Assembly: GCA_965657355.1 (NCBI GenBank)
Contig: CBFHOE010000006.1
Coordinates: forward strand, 239,217-303,216
Reading direction: 5' to 3'
Length of the DNA: 64,000 nucleotides
DNA from: Limisphaerales bacterium
Lineage (GTDB): Bacteria > Verrucomicrobiota > Verrucomicrobiia > Limisphaerales > JAJOIW01
Made by a program: the position numbers and the translations under genes
The notes under the pieces: model-generated
Databases searched by the model: none
What the model saw: only the letters and a program-made list of their open reading frames with translations
Told to the model about the DNA's origin: nothing
Part shown: in pieces, positions 20,780 to 29,858 of the stretch
Layout of the letters: each line of letters opens with the position of its first letter
Numbering within the stretch: position 1 is the first letter of the stretch

Positions 20780-21487
20780 ATGCACGCGAGAAATAAAAAG
20801 ATTACGTTGGTTATAAACGTTTTATTACTACCTTTTATTGCCTTGTTATTGGTGAGTGTCTTAATCAACCTCACCGGAATCGATTTAAAAGTCTCCGGGA
20901 AATTTTGGGATGAACAAAAAAACTGGTATTTATCAAACCATCCCCTTTTTGTTTTCCTCTATAAATTTGGACCTTTACCCATTTTTTTCTTAGCTGGCGG
21001 AGCTCTTCTATTGATTTTATTTAAATATATTAAGAAGGGGTACAGCTTCCAACGAAGGGCCTGTTTGCTAATTATTTTATCTCTTCTATTGGGACCAGGC
21101 CTTGTCGTTAACGCTATTTTCAAAGAGAATTTTGGCCGACCAAGGCCCCGGAATACTGTCGAATTTGGTGGCAATGAACAATTTGTTCCTCTGCTCGTTT
21201 ACAATGGGAGTGGCTCTGGAAAGTCCTTCCCTTCCGGCCACGCCTCAATGGGGTTTCTGTGGCTAGCCTTTGCTCCATGGGCCATATCCCTGAGAAAAAA
21301 GAAATTGTTCATTGTGCTTATTTGCCTCGGTCTCATACACGGTGGATTGATGGGATTTGGAAGAATTGTCCAAGGGGGGCATTTCTTTGGTGACGTTTTA
21401 TGGTCAGCTGGAATGGACTATCTCATTGGTTGCCTTCTGCTTTATCCTCTCTTTGGAAAAGAACTGTTAGTCCAAAGCCGGAGATAA
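20780..21487 (+). CDS. PAP2 phosphatase, LpxF/LpxE-like lipid A phosphatase
   Basis: KENFGRPRP (C1), SFPSGHAS (C2), RIVQGGHFFGDV (C3). Confidence 0.85.
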   Translation: MHARNKKITLVINVLLLPFIALLLVSVLINLTGIDLKVSGKFWDEQKNWYLSNHPLFVFLYKFGPLPIFFLAGGALLLILFKYIKKGYSFQRRACLLIILSLLLGPGLVVNAIFKENFGRPRPRNTVEFGGNEQFVPLLVYNGSGSGKSFPSGHASMGFLWLAFAPWAISLRKKKLFIVLICLGLIHGGLMGFGRIVQGGHFFGDVLWSAGMDYLIGCLLLYPLFGKELLVQSRR

Positions 21488-21534
21488 TAATTTCTTTTAA
21501 GACCATGAGCTGAAGGTTATAAATATTTGAGCGG

Positions 21535-22275
21535 GTGAATATGACTGAATTTCGAATACCTTCTGGTCATTCATTATCAATAGTAGTTCCATTCTACAAC
21601 GAAGAAGAGAACATCCAGTTTGTCCTTGAAGAACTGAAGGCATCTGTTCCTGGAGCCGAAATTGTAGCGGTTGATGACGGTAGCTCCGATTCAACTTGGT
21701 CCATCATGTCCAAAATTAATGGTATCACGGCCATTAAATTGGAACAAAACCAAGGCCAAAGTGCTGCCATGTATATGGGCTTGAGAAAGTCCAAAGGATC
21801 TTTGTGTGCTTTAATGGACGGGGACGGGCAGACCGACCCGAAAGAATTTTCCAAATTACTTGATACCTTCGATCAGACGGCGTCGGATGTCGTATGCGGC
21901 GTTCGGGCAAAGAGAAATGATACCATGAGCCGTCGACTCGCGTCCAAATGGGCCAATAAAATTCGAAGGATGATTCTTGATGATGGTATTCGTGACACTG
22001 GCTGTTCTCAAAAATTATTTATCCGTGAGGCCATTGACTTGTTAGTACCGTTTAATGGGCTGCACAGATATCTTCCCGCTTTATTTAAGCATGCTGGATT
22101 GAGAATTGCAGAAGTGGAGGTAAACCATCGGTCTCGCCATGCGGGCGAATCGAAGTACACCAACTTTGATCGGGCTTTGAGGGGAATCTATGACTTGATT
22201 GGTGTCTCATGGTTGCTCAAACGGAAGGTTTATCCAAAAGTTCACAGCATAGAGGAACAAAACGATCATGCATGA
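21535..22275 (+). CDS. GT2 polyprenol-phosphate glycosyltransferase (DPM1/RgtE-like)
   Basis: SIVVPFYNEEEN, VDDGSSD, NQGQSAA, MDGDGQTDP, DTGCSQKLF, HRYLPAL, VNHRSRHAGESKY. Confidence 0.9.
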   Translation: MNMTEFRIPSGHSLSIVVPFYNEEENIQFVLEELKASVPGAEIVAVDDGSSDSTWSIMSKINGITAIKLEQNQGQSAAMYMGLRKSKGSLCALMDGDGQTDPKEFSKLLDTFDQTASDVVCGVRAKRNDTMSRRLASKWANKIRRMILDDGIRDTGCSQKLFIREAIDLLVPFNGLHRYLPALFKHAGLRIAEVEVNHRSRHAGESKYTNFDRALRGIYDLIGVSWLLKRKVYPKVHSIEEQNDHA

Positions 22276-22603
22276 AATCATTTTCGAAGGAGACGTATTC
22301 GGGAGCACTTTAACTGTAACCGGATGGAAAATCGTAGGATATCTTGGAGTTTTTCTATTCGCAGGGCGCTGGTTCGTCCAATTATATGCCTCAAAAAAAA
22401 GAGGAAGAACGCACATGCCAAATACGTTTTGGTATATGAGCGTCACAGGAAGCTTTATGCTGCTTGCCTATTTTATTTTTGGGAAAAATGACTCGGTAGG
22501 TATCCTTGCCAATTTATTTCCAGCAGGTGTTGCTTCCTACAATCTATTTTTAAATTATCGATATAAAAAACGGAAAGAGGCAGAATCACATGCTGAAGAT
22601 TAA
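22268..22603 (+). CDS. Lipid A biosynthesis N-terminal (LAB_N) domain membrane protein
   Basis: GYLGVFLFAGRWFVQLYAS...MPNTFWYMSVTGS...DSVGIL; overlaps the GT2 stop. Confidence 0.85.
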   Translation: MHEIIFEGDVFGSTLTVTGWKIVGYLGVFLFAGRWFVQLYASKKRGRTHMPNTFWYMSVTGSFMLLAYFIFGKNDSVGILANLFPAGVASYNLFLNYRYKKRKEAESHAED

Positions 22604-23097
22604 ATTATTTAATCTTTAGGTAACGAACTGGCACTTGATTCAATTCTTTTATCTTTTATTTTTTCACGAGTCCCGCATTGATATTCAGCCTTCCCGCATT
22701 GCGACAGATCTGAAAAATTACCAAGGTAATAATATATTGAGCCAAAATCTGTCTCCCTATTTTTTTCTACTATCTGTTTGAGAGAGGATTTTTACAGGGA
22801 TGACCGTATCATCATGGGTATTTCATTGTATCCGAGATTGTTGGGCAGAAAATATTCCGTTTACCTATTGTCGGGATAGTTCACTGGGTTTCTAAATAGA
22901 ATGTCCACACTTTTGCGAAATCGAATAAATAACAAAGCAGGAATAATTAAAAGAACACCCGAAGCCATCGTATGATTCTCATGACTTGGCGTAACTCATG
23001 GACTCATATTGATTAACTACTTAAGTCATCCTGCTTTCTGAGGGTAAACTTATTTTGGAGTGCCATAAGAGGCTAAGAGGGTTCAGTAACTCTCATA

Positions 23098-24213
23098 TCA
23101 ACCGGTAGGATGGAGCTCGCCCATTCGTCTGAAAATTCTGTTACCCGGTTGAGCAATGGGTTGGTTGTAGTCATTGTTGAATTTGAATTCATCCTGAACG
23201 ATATAAATTGGCCTTTGTCTCAGCTCTTCGTAAATACGAGCAACATACTCTCCGAGTATCCCAAGCGTGAGTAGTCCCATACCTCCAATACCTGAAAGGA
23301 GAATAACCAAGGTGGCCCAGCTGTCTACTGTATCGCCGTAACGTGCCCAGCGAAGTATCGTATACAACCCGTAACCTGCGCCCCCCACGATAGTGAGTAA
23401 TCCAGAAATAGAAGCCAATCTTAGTGGAATCAACGAAAAGGAAACTAAGGTTGTCCATGCCAATAAGCCCATCTTCTGGAGTGAATATTTAGTTTCTCCC
23501 TTTTTTATTGAAGGTCCTCGGTAATTGACGAATGTTTGGGGAAATCCTGCCCATGAATACAGATCACTCAAAAACCTCTTTTGTTCCCTCATCCGAAGAA
23601 CTTGGTCAAGGCAGCGGCGACTGACTAATCGAAAATCACCGGAATTCAAAGTGAGGTGCGAGGCTCCAGCAAACTTCATCAAACGATTGAAAAACCAAGT
23701 AGGCACTTTTTTAAAAATTGTTTCCCCCTCGCGATGGATTCTTTTTCCATGCACGACATCGTAACCCTGACAATAGGCCTTAACCATCCGGCGAATAACC
23801 GAGGGTGGGTCTTGCAGATCGGCGTCCATAACCACTACAGCGTCTCCTGTGGCTTTATCCAGGCCCGCCGTGACCGCTAATTGATGCCCAAAATTCCTTG
23901 AAAGGGTAATGGCTTTTAGTTTGAAAAAAGTCGGTCTCCATTTACAAATTTTGTCCCAGGTATCATCTGAGGATCCGTCATCCACGAGAACAACCTCTAA
24001 ATTGAATTGGGTCTGCTGGACGAAATCTTCCATGGCCAAACGAAGGGAGTTGACTGCTTCAGTTTCGTTATAACAAGGTATAACTATACTTAATAATTTT
24101 GGCTCTGGTCTTTGTTTGAGTTGGTTCATGTAACTCTGGTATGGACTCATTTTAAGCGGTCCCTCTGTAGTAAATCGGCACAAATTAAATGGCTTTAAGT
24201 AGCTCTCATCCAC
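23098..24213 (-). CDS. GT2 bactoprenol glycosyltransferase (GtrB/YkoT-like); true start probably about 24129-24150
   Basis: LSIVIPCYNE, LSRNFGHQLAVTAG, MDADLQDPP, SGDFRL, two C-terminal TMs, GILGEYVARIYEE..RPIY. Confidence 0.88.
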   Translation of the reverse strand: MDESYLKPFNLCRFTTEGPLKMSPYQSYMNQLKQRPEPKLLSIVIPCYNETEAVNSLRLAMEDFVQQTQFNLEVVLVDDGSSDDTWDKICKWRPTFFKLKAITLSRNFGHQLAVTAGLDKATGDAVVVMDADLQDPPSVIRRMVKAYCQGYDVVHGKRIHREGETIFKKVPTWFFNRLMKFAGASHLTLNSGDFRLVSRRCLDQVLRMREQKRFLSDLYSWAGFPQTFVNYRGPSIKKGETKYSLQKMGLLAWTTLVSFSLIPLRLASISGLLTIVGGAGYGLYTILRWARYGDTVDSWATLVILLSGIGGMGLLTLGILGEYVARIYEELRQRPIYIVQDEFKFNNDYNQPIAQPGNRIFRRMGELHPTG

Positions 24214-24274
24214 GGAGTTGGCGAATTTACGAAACCGGCTTGTTAATTTATGGTTTTGAGGGCAGTGTTAGGAC

Positions 24275-25624
24275 ATGCACCGAAGACAATTTTTAAAATC
24301 AACTGCCGCTGGCCTAGCGATGGCCTCGTCTGGTTTAACTGCTGCCGATTTGGCTGATATTGGTAAAAAGAAGGTCGCCCTCATCGGATCGGGTTGGTAT
24401 GGAAAATGTGATTTGCTGAGGTTGATCCAAGTCGCCCCTGTTGAGGTTGTTGCTCTTTGCGATGTGGATAAAAAGATGCTTGATGAAGCCGCAAATATTG
24501 TCGCTTCTCGGCAGAAAAGTGGGAAAAAACCGGTTCAGTTTACCGATTATCGAAAGCTCTTGGATAATGAGGAACTCGATATGGTGCTGGTTGACACTCC
24601 AGATCATTGGCACGCACTACCAATGATCCAAGCCGCCCAAAGAGGGCTTGACGTATGGGTGCAGAAGCCAGTTGGTGTTGATGTTGTCGAAGGGCAAGCA
24701 ATGGTCGCCGCCGCAAAAAAATACAAAAGCGTCGTTCAGGTCGGCATGCAACGCAGGAGCACGCCACATTTAATTGATGCCAAGAACAAGATAATCAAAG
24801 AAGGTAAATTAGGAAAAGTGGGGCTCATCGAGGTTTACTGCTATTATCACATGCGATCACGCCAGAATCCTGCTGATACTCAGCCGCCAGCTCATTTTGA
24901 CTACGACATGTGGACCGGGCCAGCTCCGATGAGGCCATACAATAGTCTCGTGCATCCAAGGTCATGGAGAGCCTTCATGGAGTATAGCAATGGTATTCTT
25001 GGGGATATGTGTGTTCATATGCTGGATATGGTGCGATGGATGTTGGATTTAGGTTGGCCAAAGAAAATAAGCTCATCTGGCGGTGTCTATGTTCAAAAAG
25101 GAGTCAAGGCAAACACCACGGACACTCAAACAGCAACTTTTGACTATGGTGATTTACAAGTTGTCTGGCAGCATAGAGCTTGGGGAAATGCTCCAGATAA
25201 GGAATACCCGTGGGGGGCAACATTCTACGGTGAAAAGGGAACCCTCAAAGCTAGCGTCCAAAAGTATGATTTTATCCCTCGTGGTAAAGGAAATCCAATA
25301 CACCAGGATGTCGTTTATGAATTAGACCAGTACCCTGAAGATAAAGATGAAAAAGATCTGGAACGCCATGTGGCTCCAGCTATCAGGGGGCATATGCTCG
25401 ATTGGCTTCATGCAATACAGACCCGAGGAGAAACGGTCGCAAGCATTGAGCAGGGCCACATCTCTGGTTCTTCATGCATTCTTGCTAACTTATCTCAAAA
25501 GCTTGGTCGCAGCCTAATTTGGGATGAGGAAAAAGGAGAAGTCAAAGGGGATGCTGAGGCTAACGGTCTCTTGGCTCGTGAATATCGAGCCCCTTGGATT
25601 CACCCACACCCAAATAAAGTTTAG
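24275..25624 (+). CDS. Gfo/Idh/MocA oxidoreductase, Tat-exported
   Basis: HRRQFLK Tat motif, IGSGWYG, TPDHWH, QKP, QVGMQRRS, WTGPAP, DMCVH. Confidence 0.92.
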   Translation: MHRRQFLKSTAAGLAMASSGLTAADLADIGKKKVALIGSGWYGKCDLLRLIQVAPVEVVALCDVDKKMLDEAANIVASRQKSGKKPVQFTDYRKLLDNEELDMVLVDTPDHWHALPMIQAAQRGLDVWVQKPVGVDVVEGQAMVAAAKKYKSVVQVGMQRRSTPHLIDAKNKIIKEGKLGKVGLIEVYCYYHMRSRQNPADTQPPAHFDYDMWTGPAPMRPYNSLVHPRSWRAFMEYSNGILGDMCVHMLDMVRWMLDLGWPKKISSSGGVYVQKGVKANTTDTQTATFDYGDLQVVWQHRAWGNAPDKEYPWGATFYGEKGTLKASVQKYDFIPRGKGNPIHQDVVYELDQYPEDKDEKDLERHVAPAIRGHMLDWLHAIQTRGETVASIEQGHISGSSCILANLSQKLGRSLIWDEEKGEVKGDAEANGLLAREYRAPWIHPHPNKV

Positions 25625-25668
25625 TTGAAAATTTAACGTCAATTTCTTTTGAACGATCTTGTGACGCT

Positions 25669-26721
25669 ATGAGGGTTCTCATTGCCGGACAGGGATTGGC
25701 AGGAACCGCAGTAGCTTGGCGGCTGCGAGAAATGGGTCATGACTTCCTCATCATAGACCCGTGTGAAGAAACCACCTCTTCGATTGTTGCCGCCGGTTTA
25801 ATGACGCCTATTACTGGAAAAGATTTGACGCCGAGCTGGAGATTCAAAACTTTCTATAAACAGGCGGTTGAGTTTTACCGGAAATTGGAAAAAACTCTTG
25901 GTTCCCATTTATTTTACCCTACTGCTATTTCTAGAATTTTTATTAATCAATCAGAAAAGGATACTTTTAATCAGGCCTTTGAACAGGACGAATTCAGGCA
26001 ACACGTTGAGCAACTCGATAAATTTCCAAAATATGTGAGTGCCCCTCATGGAGGATTTACAATGCCTTCTGGAGGGCGGGTCAATGTAAAAGAAATTATC
26101 AAGCAAAGCAGGAATTACTTCTCTCAATACGACCAATTCAGGAAGGGGTTTTTTGATTTAGATAAGGTACTTCCATACAAAAATCATTTTGTATTTGAGG
26201 GTGAGAAGTTCGATAGAATAGTTCTTTGTCGTGGCTTTCGAGAAAGCAACTATATGGATCACAAAGCATTACAATTTGAGCCGAATCGCGGTCAGATGCT
26301 AAGAGTAAAAACTGAGCAATTTGTAAATGACCCGGTTTGGAATCAGAGAGGTCTTTGGTCTTTTAGAGAACCCGAACGTGGATCTGTACTTATCGGAGCA
26401 ACATACAATAGAATGCAAACTTCAGCTCATCCATCAGTTACTTCTTTCGAGCAAATTATAAGGCGTCTGAGAAGATATATGGAATTACCCAATGGTTCAT
26501 TCAAAATCATTAATCATCCCACAGGGATAAGGCCGATTATTCGAGGTTGGAAACTGGTGGCGGGGGCTCATCCGAGAATAAATAACCTTTATCTTTTTAA
26601 TGGGCTAGGCTCAAAGGGGGCACTTCGTGCTCCTACGTTTTCCCTTCAGCTGGTTAATCAAATAATTAATGGTGAACAAATCGATGCTGGCGTGGACTTC
26701 GGTATGGTAAATAATAAATAA
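25669..26721 (+). CDS. FAD-dependent oxidoreductase, DAO family, resembling the MnmC oxidase domain
   Basis: GQGLAG, SSIVAAGLMTP, RGQML, IGATY, GIRP, NGLGSKG (compare MnmC GLGSRG). Confidence 0.8.
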   Translation: MRVLIAGQGLAGTAVAWRLREMGHDFLIIDPCEETTSSIVAAGLMTPITGKDLTPSWRFKTFYKQAVEFYRKLEKTLGSHLFYPTAISRIFINQSEKDTFNQAFEQDEFRQHVEQLDKFPKYVSAPHGGFTMPSGGRVNVKEIIKQSRNYFSQYDQFRKGFFDLDKVLPYKNHFVFEGEKFDRIVLCRGFRESNYMDHKALQFEPNRGQMLRVKTEQFVNDPVWNQRGLWSFREPERGSVLIGATYNRMQTSAHPSVTSFEQIIRRLRRYMELPNGSFKIINHPTGIRPIIRGWKLVAGAHPRINNLYLFNGLGSKGALRAPTFSLQLVNQIINGEQIDAGVDFGMVNNK

Positions 26722-26736
26722 TCTTACTGAAAAATT

Positions 26737-27318
26737 ATGAAATTTAGCAAAGCAGTGGAGTGGAGTCACAAAATGGCCAGTGAAGTCATTTCTATAGGTG
26801 ATACGGTTATTGATGGTACCTCTGGAAATGGACATGACACTTTGTTCCTTTTAAACCAAGTAGGCTCTGAAGGAAAAATATATTCCTTCGATATTCAGGA
26901 CGAAGCTATCTTGTCAACACGTGAAAAGCTCAAACGCTCCTCTCTCGATTATTCAGATGTAGTTTTAATAAACGCGAATCATGCCAAAATGGATGACTAC
27001 ATCCCTGATGATTGTATCGGGAAAGTGAAAGTTATTATGTTTAATTTTGGATATCTTCCAGGTGGGGACCACAGTTTGACAACTTCCGGAGATTCAAGCA
27101 CTAAAGCGGTAAGCCTTTCATTAAAGTATCTCGAACTTGGTGGCCGCTTAGTTTTGACCTTTTATACCGGCCACCCAGGTGGGAAAGAGGAAGCCTCACA
27201 AGTTACCGAACTATTAGAGAATTTAGACCCTAAAAAATTTGTCGTCCTCATTTACAAATTTATGAATTTGCCAAATACCCCCCCTTACGTCATCACTGTT
27301 GAGCGTGTTGATAGGTAA
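26737..27318 (+). CDS. mnmM: SAM-dependent methyltransferase, YtqB/MnmM family
   Basis: DGTSGNGHDTLFL, FDIQDEA, MFNFGYLPGGD, YTGHPGGKEE, as in YtqB/MnmM. Confidence 0.78.
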   Translation: MKFSKAVEWSHKMASEVISIGDTVIDGTSGNGHDTLFLLNQVGSEGKIYSFDIQDEAILSTREKLKRSSLDYSDVVLINANHAKMDDYIPDDCIGKVKVIMFNFGYLPGGDHSLTTSGDSSTKAVSLSLKYLELGGRLVLTFYTGHPGGKEEASQVTELLENLDPKKFVVLIYKFMNLPNTPPYVITVERVDR

Positions 27319-27321
27319 GAC

Positions 27322-27900
27322 TTACTCAGTAAGATTCAAATTGTGCGGGACAATGAAGTTAATTACTGGGCTTTTGCAGATCCCACTTTTCATGCACGCT
27401 TGCCAAGAGAATTGAACTTCGAATTCTCCTTTTTGTGCTGAAAGAGTGACGGGTTGGTAAATTGTCACATTTCCATCTGGGTAAATTGAGTATTCGATTC
27501 CTAAAGTTTCATTTGTTTCCACTACAGATTCTGACGATTCTGCGAAACCACCAGTTGACGTAACGACCCCGTTAGGAACTATTGCTATTGAAGTCGCTAC
27601 CCCGATTCCATCAGCTTTTATTGAGTCGTGGGATAGGGAATAAATGTAAAACCCTGGTTCGGCCGTCTTTAGCTGATAGCCTATGAGATAATCTCCTTTC
27701 GAAGATTTAAATAATGAGGATCTTAATGAAACTCCTTCTTTCGACTGGGTGGCAAGTTCTTGTAGCTCTTCCAGATCTTCAATTTTAGGCCCATCCGCTT
27801 CGATTAATTTTTGTCCTTTTGGGTCGTTGCCACAGCCGCAAAGAAAAATCAATAAGCATAGACTAGGTAAACTGAGACTGAAGGATAGTGACCTTATCAT
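27322..27900 (-). CDS. Lipoprotein with a DsbD N-terminal-like domain
   Basis: Lipobox-like FLCGC, GFYIYS, C-terminal WQACMKSGICKSP (QAC-x4-C-x-P, nDsbD type). Confidence 0.6.
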   Translation of the reverse strand: MIRSLSFSLSLPSLCLLIFLCGCGNDPKGQKLIEADGPKIEDLEELQELATQSKEGVSLRSSLFKSSKGDYLIGYQLKTAEPGFYIYSLSHDSIKADGIGVATSIAIVPNGVVTSTGGFAESSESVVETNETLGIEYSIYPDGNVTIYQPVTLSAQKGEFEVQFSWQACMKSGICKSPVINFIVPHNLNLTE

Positions 27901-27915
27901 ATTTCAAATTTAGGT

Positions 27916-28650
27916 TTATGCTTCCATGGGTTTTCCACTTGGGCGGACTATGATCTCATCAATGGACGCATTAGTGGGCATCTCAACGGCAAAAAGCGCA
28001 CAATTTGCGACATCATCAGGGCTTAACATTTTTAAGCGAGCATCCTCGTCTGGTGGCGTAGGTCTTTGGTCGAGAAACTTCGTAGCTATATCTCCCGGAC
28101 AAACACAACAGGCACGGATGCCATTGCTTCTTTCTTCAGCATTGATAGACATTGTCAGGCCTCTTTGTCCAAATTTTGATGCGACATATGAGGGACCGGA
28201 TTTTGGGTAAGCTGTGATCCCAGCATCTGAAACTATATTGACAATTGTTCCAGATTTGTTCGCTCTCATATTTGGAAGAATTTCGCTGACGAAGTAATGA
28301 GTGCCATTCAAATTAACATCCACTATCCTTTCAAAATCTTCATGCTTGAGAATTTCGAATGAGCGATCGGGAACATTGAAACCGGCTGAATTGATTAAAG
28401 CATCGATATTTTTAAACTTTTCTAAAATGGCTTTTGCGGTCGCGGAAACTTGCTCTGAGCGACCGACATCACACTTGAATGGGACCAGGTTATCGGCAGC
28501 CTCATTTGCCTCCTGAATGGTAGTTTCCAGCGTTTCTAAGTTTCTGCCCACGATGGCGACTTGCCACCCTTTTTGAGCAAGTTTGATCGCTGACGACCTG
28601 CCTACCCCTGATCCGGCACCTGTAACAATTGCTTTTCTTGGTTCACTCAT
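27916..28650 (-). CDS. SDR family oxidoreductase
   Basis: TGAGSGVG, NSAG, YVASK catalytic motif, CPGDIAT. Confidence 0.93.
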   Translation of the reverse strand: MSEPRKAIVTGAGSGVGRSSAIKLAQKGWQVAIVGRNLETLETTIQEANEAADNLVPFKCDVGRSEQVSATAKAILEKFKNIDALINSAGFNVPDRSFEILKHEDFERIVDVNLNGTHYFVSEILPNMRANKSGTIVNIVSDAGITAYPKSGPSYVASKFGQRGLTMSINAEERSNGIRACCVCPGDIATKFLDQRPTPPDEDARLKMLSPDDVANCALFAVEMPTNASIDEIIVRPSGKPMEA

Positions 28651-28663
28651 TTTTATCTCTTGA

Positions 28664-29746
28664 TTATTTTTCTACAGTGACCCACTTATTGGTTTCCTTT
28701 GATTCAAGAATCGCATCTATTACAGCTGCGACTTGAACACCCTCCTTGAATGACGGTTTGCAGTCTCTTCCCTGTTGTATGGCCTCTATAAATTCAAAGT
28801 CTTGGTCATATCGAAATGTCTGTATGGGATCACCATTTGCTGTATCTCTTGGGGACCCGGCAACTTTCAAGAATTCTTTTGGCACTTCCTGTTCTTCCAA
28901 TGTGCTGCTTCCTTTTCGCCCAACTATAATGTGATTCGGCTTCCCTAATCGGTATATGAGCGTTCCCTCAGATCCAGCGACCTCACAAAAGTCTTCGCTA
29001 ATACCTCCCTCTCCTCGGCCGGTAGCCACTTTAGTGGACTCCAACATACCCGTTGCATTATTTTCAAAACGTGTGATGACCCCGACCCAATCTTCTAAAT
29101 CCGATGGCTTATCCTCTCTTGTTTCATGAAAAATCCTGGTATCAGCTACCAGCGAGTCGATAGGCCCAAACAATAAATGGGCAAAGTCAATTCTATGCGA
29201 GAGCATGTCTCCTATTTCGCCCGTGGCAGCCAAAGATTTATTCTGTCTCCAGCCAAGGAATCTCGATCCCCAATCCTGTTGTCTTCGGCAACGGAAATGA
29301 TAAGGACGACCAATAAACCCGGATTCGATTAAATGAGAAATGTATTGCATGCCCGGCACAAAACGATAAGTAAACGCAGTCATGTGACGAACACCTGCTG
29401 CTTCAGCGGCATTCCACATGTCACGAGCTTCAGGCAGATCCATGGAAATCGGCTTCTCGCATAAAATATGCTTTCCCGCTTTGGCCGCGGCTTTGGCAAT
29501 AGGGGCATGAACAAAATTTGGTGTGGCAATGATAACGGCATCAACCTCGTCCCAGGTCAGCAATTCATTAAAGTCAGTTGTCTTTCTTTTTATACCTGTG
29601 TCGTTGGACGCCTTTTCAAGCGCCTCCGAATTGGAATCACAGAGAGCAACCAGTTCTGCTCCAGGGCAGTACTTAAGTCCCGGAAAGTGATTTTGGACAG
29701 CGATTCCACCACATCCAATGAGAGCTACTCCTACATTTTTTTGCAT
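28664..29746 (-). CDS. Gfo/Idh/MocA oxidoreductase (cytoplasmic); start reassigned to MQKNVG
   Basis: IGCGGIA, ATPNFVH, CEKP, FTYRF, DMLSHRID. The upstream extension in the ORF track overlaps a promoter-like sequence. Confidence 0.9.
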   Translation of the reverse strand: MQKNVGVALIGCGGIAVQNHFPGLKYCPGAELVALCDSNSEALEKASNDTGIKRKTTDFNELLTWDEVDAVIIATPNFVHAPIAKAAAKAGKHILCEKPISMDLPEARDMWNAAEAAGVRHMTAFTYRFVPGMQYISHLIESGFIGRPYHFRCRRQQDWGSRFLGWRQNKSLAATGEIGDMLSHRIDFAHLLFGPIDSLVADTRIFHETREDKPSDLEDWVGVITRFENNATGMLESTKVATGRGEGGISEDFCEVAGSEGTLIYRLGKPNHIIVGRKGSSTLEEQEVPKEFLKVAGSPRDTANGDPIQTFRYDQDFEFIEAIQQGRDCKPSFKEGVQVAAVIDAILESKETNKWVTVEK

Positions 29747-29754
29747 GATTAAGG

Positions 29755-29784
29755 ACAATAGCCGAGCCACTTTATCTTCAGCAA
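29755..29784 (-). promoter_or_regulatory. Putative sigma70 promoter, leaderless, for the Gfo/Idh/MocA-SDR-DsbD operon
   Basis: TTGCTG-N18-TATTGT-N8-ATG(29746). Confidence 0.4.
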
Positions 29785-29858
29785 GAACGATGTTGGATGA
29801 GGATGACAAGAAATTACTGTAATAGCCGAGCCGTGGCTTTGTGAAACCAGGATAAAAG

